Source of the DNA: Balanoglossus misakiensis
Taxonomy: Eukaryota > Animalia > Hemichordata
NCBI GenBank assembly: GCA_040954595.2
Contig: CM082594.2
Span: 4,263,319 to 4,327,318 of the forward strand
Length of the DNA stretch: 64,000 nt
Direction: 5' to 3'
Below, piece after piece: positions 60,701 through 64,000 of the stretch (the first letter of the stretch is position 1; each line of letters begins with the position of its first letter). The notes beneath the pieces were generated by a model that did no database searches, was not told where the DNA came from, and worked only from the letters and a program-made list of their open reading frames with translations. The position numbers and the translations under genes were made by a program.

Positions 60701-63700
60701 CGACTGCGGAACCTCAGGTACCCAAACTTTCCGATATTTTTGACCGAGCTTGGAAAATTCAGTTGGATTTGGAGTCGAGTGATGAACCGTCAAATAGCGA
60801 TGCATATCAGGTATGTGCTTGTAAAGTTATGAAGGAATATTCGTTAAAGAATATCCGACAGACGACCAAATGTGTGTGTCACTGTATGCATGTGATGCGA
60901 CGCGTCTCGACGTGTACCGTTATATTATAATAGCCAAGTTCAGAGATGCGTCAAAGGTGCGAGAAACATAATAGGGTGAGCGTTAATTGTCTGGAGCATC
61001 TACATTTGCATGCACATCTGTTCCAAGAGTGCTGAGCGTAACTGACCAATCACAAAGTGTTGTGGTCTTCCTTTGTCTAAGGTGCGGAAGTGATTGACCA
61101 ATCAGAATTGTCGGGGTCTAATTAGCCAAACAGTGACGATTGCTCGATTGTTTGTCTGCACTGCAAATTCTAATTTTAGCTGAGCCGCAGAAACTCAAAA
61201 CAATAACCGTTATATGCAAATTTTGACCCTTGGCTAGGATCTTCTCACCAGAACCAAATAAGGGTCAAACCCCATTCAATTTGGGTCTTTACAGTGATTT
61301 GTATTGTGTGTATGATGCAAGTAAATAAATGCTAGATATCACAAGGAATGGCCTGTCTCTTCCTTTGGAATGGTGTCTTTACCTTTGATATGAACGCTTT
61401 GCTTTTTAGTAATTGTGATTAAGAATTTTTTATTGTAATTGAAAATTGCAGCTCAAGGTAAAGGAGGCGATTGGTCTGTTTGAGCAATGTACTGAAATGG
61501 TGAACCAACTGAGTTTATTCAGTGATAATGAAGAAGTAGAAGAAATATCCACATCGTCACTTAAGTAAGTAGGAGTGTGTTAGCATGAGCAACATGATTT
61601 CAAATTTGGTTATCCTGTCGTACAACACATTGTCCACAATCTCTTTTTCTTTCTCAATTTGTGACACAGGTGTCCAGATTCCTGTCCAACAGAAATTACA
61701 TTAAAAATATTCTTTTCTCAGGTATTTATTACTGCCAGCCTTCTTGGGTGATTTGAGTTTGAAAATAACAGGAGGAGCTGTCACTCGGTTAAAACAAGTA
61801 CAGAAAGCGAAGATTTATTATCAAGATTTCCTGAAGAGATGTAAATCGTATGGCCTTACCGATGAGGTAGGTGGTGATTGATTCCAAGCAGAGAAATTGT
61901 GATTCATTTAAGTAATAGCACTGGTGATAGAAATGATGCAGTATTTTATATTTTATATGTATCAATCAGCTTCAGGTATGATAATTCTACCACTAACTGA
62001 GTCTGTATGCGAATAAATTTTTATACATGTACTATATCTAGTATATATATGGATACTGATTATACTGTTCACATGCAGGAACTACCTAATGAGAGTCCCA
62101 GCACTGACCAAGCTGCCCCTGCCGGAAGACCCAATCTGATGGCAATGCAGGCAAACAGAGAGACAAAAATAAAGAGATTTAAAGAGAAGAAGCAGTTGGA
62201 GGAAAAACTCAGGGCTCTCGGTCATCCGTCAGAAATAAACACCAAAGATGAAGATGTACAGGTTTGTCGTGATAGGTTACTACACAATTTTTAAGAGACA
62301 GACTTGTACAGTGTTTGACATGTTCAGTGTTCGAGTTGACAAGGATTGGCAAATCTTGAACAGTTGTGCATAGGACTGTCAATCGCCTGCTATCCTGCTA
62401 TACTGATTACCACCAGCCAATCAGATCTCTCATAACACAGTATACTTCAAGCATACATGTAATATGTTGTACTTTGATAATTTTACGGTTTCACTGATTG
62501 GATATTGGTTTGGATGAAAAAATGTAACATGTCTATTGTTGCCACCTTTATCATAATGCAGAGAGTATTCTTCATCACGCTTGTCAAAAAGTGGTCCAGT
62601 GAAATCGTAGATGACTATGCAAGCCTGTTGCAAGAAATAGAAATCTTAGGACACATGCAACATGTTAAAGATCAAGAGAAAACCAAGGGTCAGGATAGAC
62701 GGCAACAACAGCCTCCTCAAAACCATCCACCAAGACAGGTAAGTGTGGTTATATTACAGTGATGGGGGAATTTAGTCAAAGTTTTCGATGACTTCGGGGA
62801 ATAAAAAGTTTCGCTGAATATGTTGACAGAGAAAATAAAGCATCAGTTTGTACAAACGTAAAACTTCTTTGATGCATGAGCACAGACAAGCACGCACGCA
62901 CACACGCATGCACACACACACACTCACACACACACACACTTACAAAGGGATGTAATTATGATGTTCTGTTACTGAAGGACATTCCCCACTATTTTGCAGC
63001 CCCTGAAACCATTTATTCTCACAAGAGATGACATACAGGCCAAGGTGTTTGGTGCAGGCTATCCGAGCCTACCAACAATGACACTGGAGGAATACTACGA
63101 AAAAGAAATCAGGGAGGGTAAAATTCTGCCATCATCGTAAGTAATTTCTGAAACAGTGGTGTCTGTGACTGTTTCCCTTTATTTTTGAAAGATATTTCAG
63201 CTTAATTTATAATCTATCATAACTAGTGTTGGTCATTTCTTGCTTTTACACCCAAACAGTTTTTTCATTCCTTTTTATGACACTATTAAATTTTTTTCTA
63301 TCACTGCCCCCAAATTACATCTTTAAAGAAATACATCAGTTATGACATGTCAACGTAAACTGACCCCGCGAAGTACCTTCATACTAACTACAGCCATTGG
63401 CAACTTCAAATAACAACTGCTGTATAAACAGTGCCCCCATCACTACCCACCAGAACAGGCTGTTTAGTTTACATCACAGCTCTCCAAAGTTTATTGATGA
63501 ATGAATACAGGAGGGTCTATTATTGCAAAGGGGCAGAGAACATAAAGTGTTTGGGCAACGCATTTAGACAATGAGTTGAAGGCAAACAGGTGTCCTATGT
63601 CGTCCTGTGTCCGTGTGTGTGTAACTGTGTATGTATGTATGTGTGTGTATGTATGTATGTGTGTGTGTGTGTGTGTGTATGACACCAATAAAGTCACAGG

Positions 63701-63870
63701 ATCTCACCCTTTTCTCTTCAATAAATCTCCCTCTGACAATTCCAGGAACCAAGGTCAGGTCAGTGAACGAGAGGCTGCTGAGCAAAGAGAAATCAAGAAA
63801 GAGAAAGAAATGGAAGGAGACGACAAGGAGGCCTTGAAGAAAGCGAGAGAAATGGACGACTGGAAGGACG
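60697..63870 (+). CDS. IGBP1: Immunoglobulin-binding protein 1 / alpha4 / TAP42 (PP2A-family regulator), 3' end beyond window
   Basis: Exons 60697-60810, 61452-61564, 61722-61866, 62079-62261, 62562-62738, 63000-63136, 63746-63870. Motifs [78 protein letters not shown]. Confidence 0.95.
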
Positions 63871-63919
63871 GTGAGTTTTCAAATTTTATGTAAATTATGT
63901 TAATTAGTATTACAAAGTA

Positions 63920-64000
63920 CTGTAAAACACTTTATTTTCGTGAGTTGATATTTTCGCGATATCAAGGAGACCACTGTTTCGCGAGTATTAATTTTCGCGT
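63920..64000. mobile_element. Left part of a MITE of the same family as 136-362
   Basis: TA|CTGTAAAACACTTTATTTTCGTG... and shared ATTTTCGCGATATCAA. Truncated by the window end. Confidence 0.7.

Overview
This is eukaryotic, intron-rich, AT-rich animal DNA. Gene content, repeats and CpG mosaicism suggest a marine invertebrate deuterostome such as a hemichordate or echinoderm (inference). I assembled six genes by hand from GT-AG splice sites and frame checks. (1) An intronless-CDS protein with three tandem ubiquitin-like domains ending in a CaaX motif (-). (2) UBE2C (+). (3) A 16-exon ARSB/I/J-type sulfatase with an N-terminal membrane anchor and a substituted metal site (-). (4) A ~1,134-aa type I membrane mucin: Reeler, Thr-rich repeats, SEA, EGF, TM, and an acidic tail with a WIRS-like motif (+). 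(5) A FASTK orthologue with a ~200-aa insertion (-). (6) IGBP1/alpha4 (+, runs off the window), head-to-head with FASTK. The first ~10 kb looks like the CpG-poor intronic body of an unidentified minus-strand gene with two candidate alternative first coding exons. Several MITEs and satellites are present. No tRNA/rRNA, CRISPR or prokaryotic system is seen. The best novelty candidates are the prenylatable tri-UBL, the Reeler-capped SEA mucin and the possibly non-canonical sulfatase. All family assignments come from recalled motifs, not database searches.
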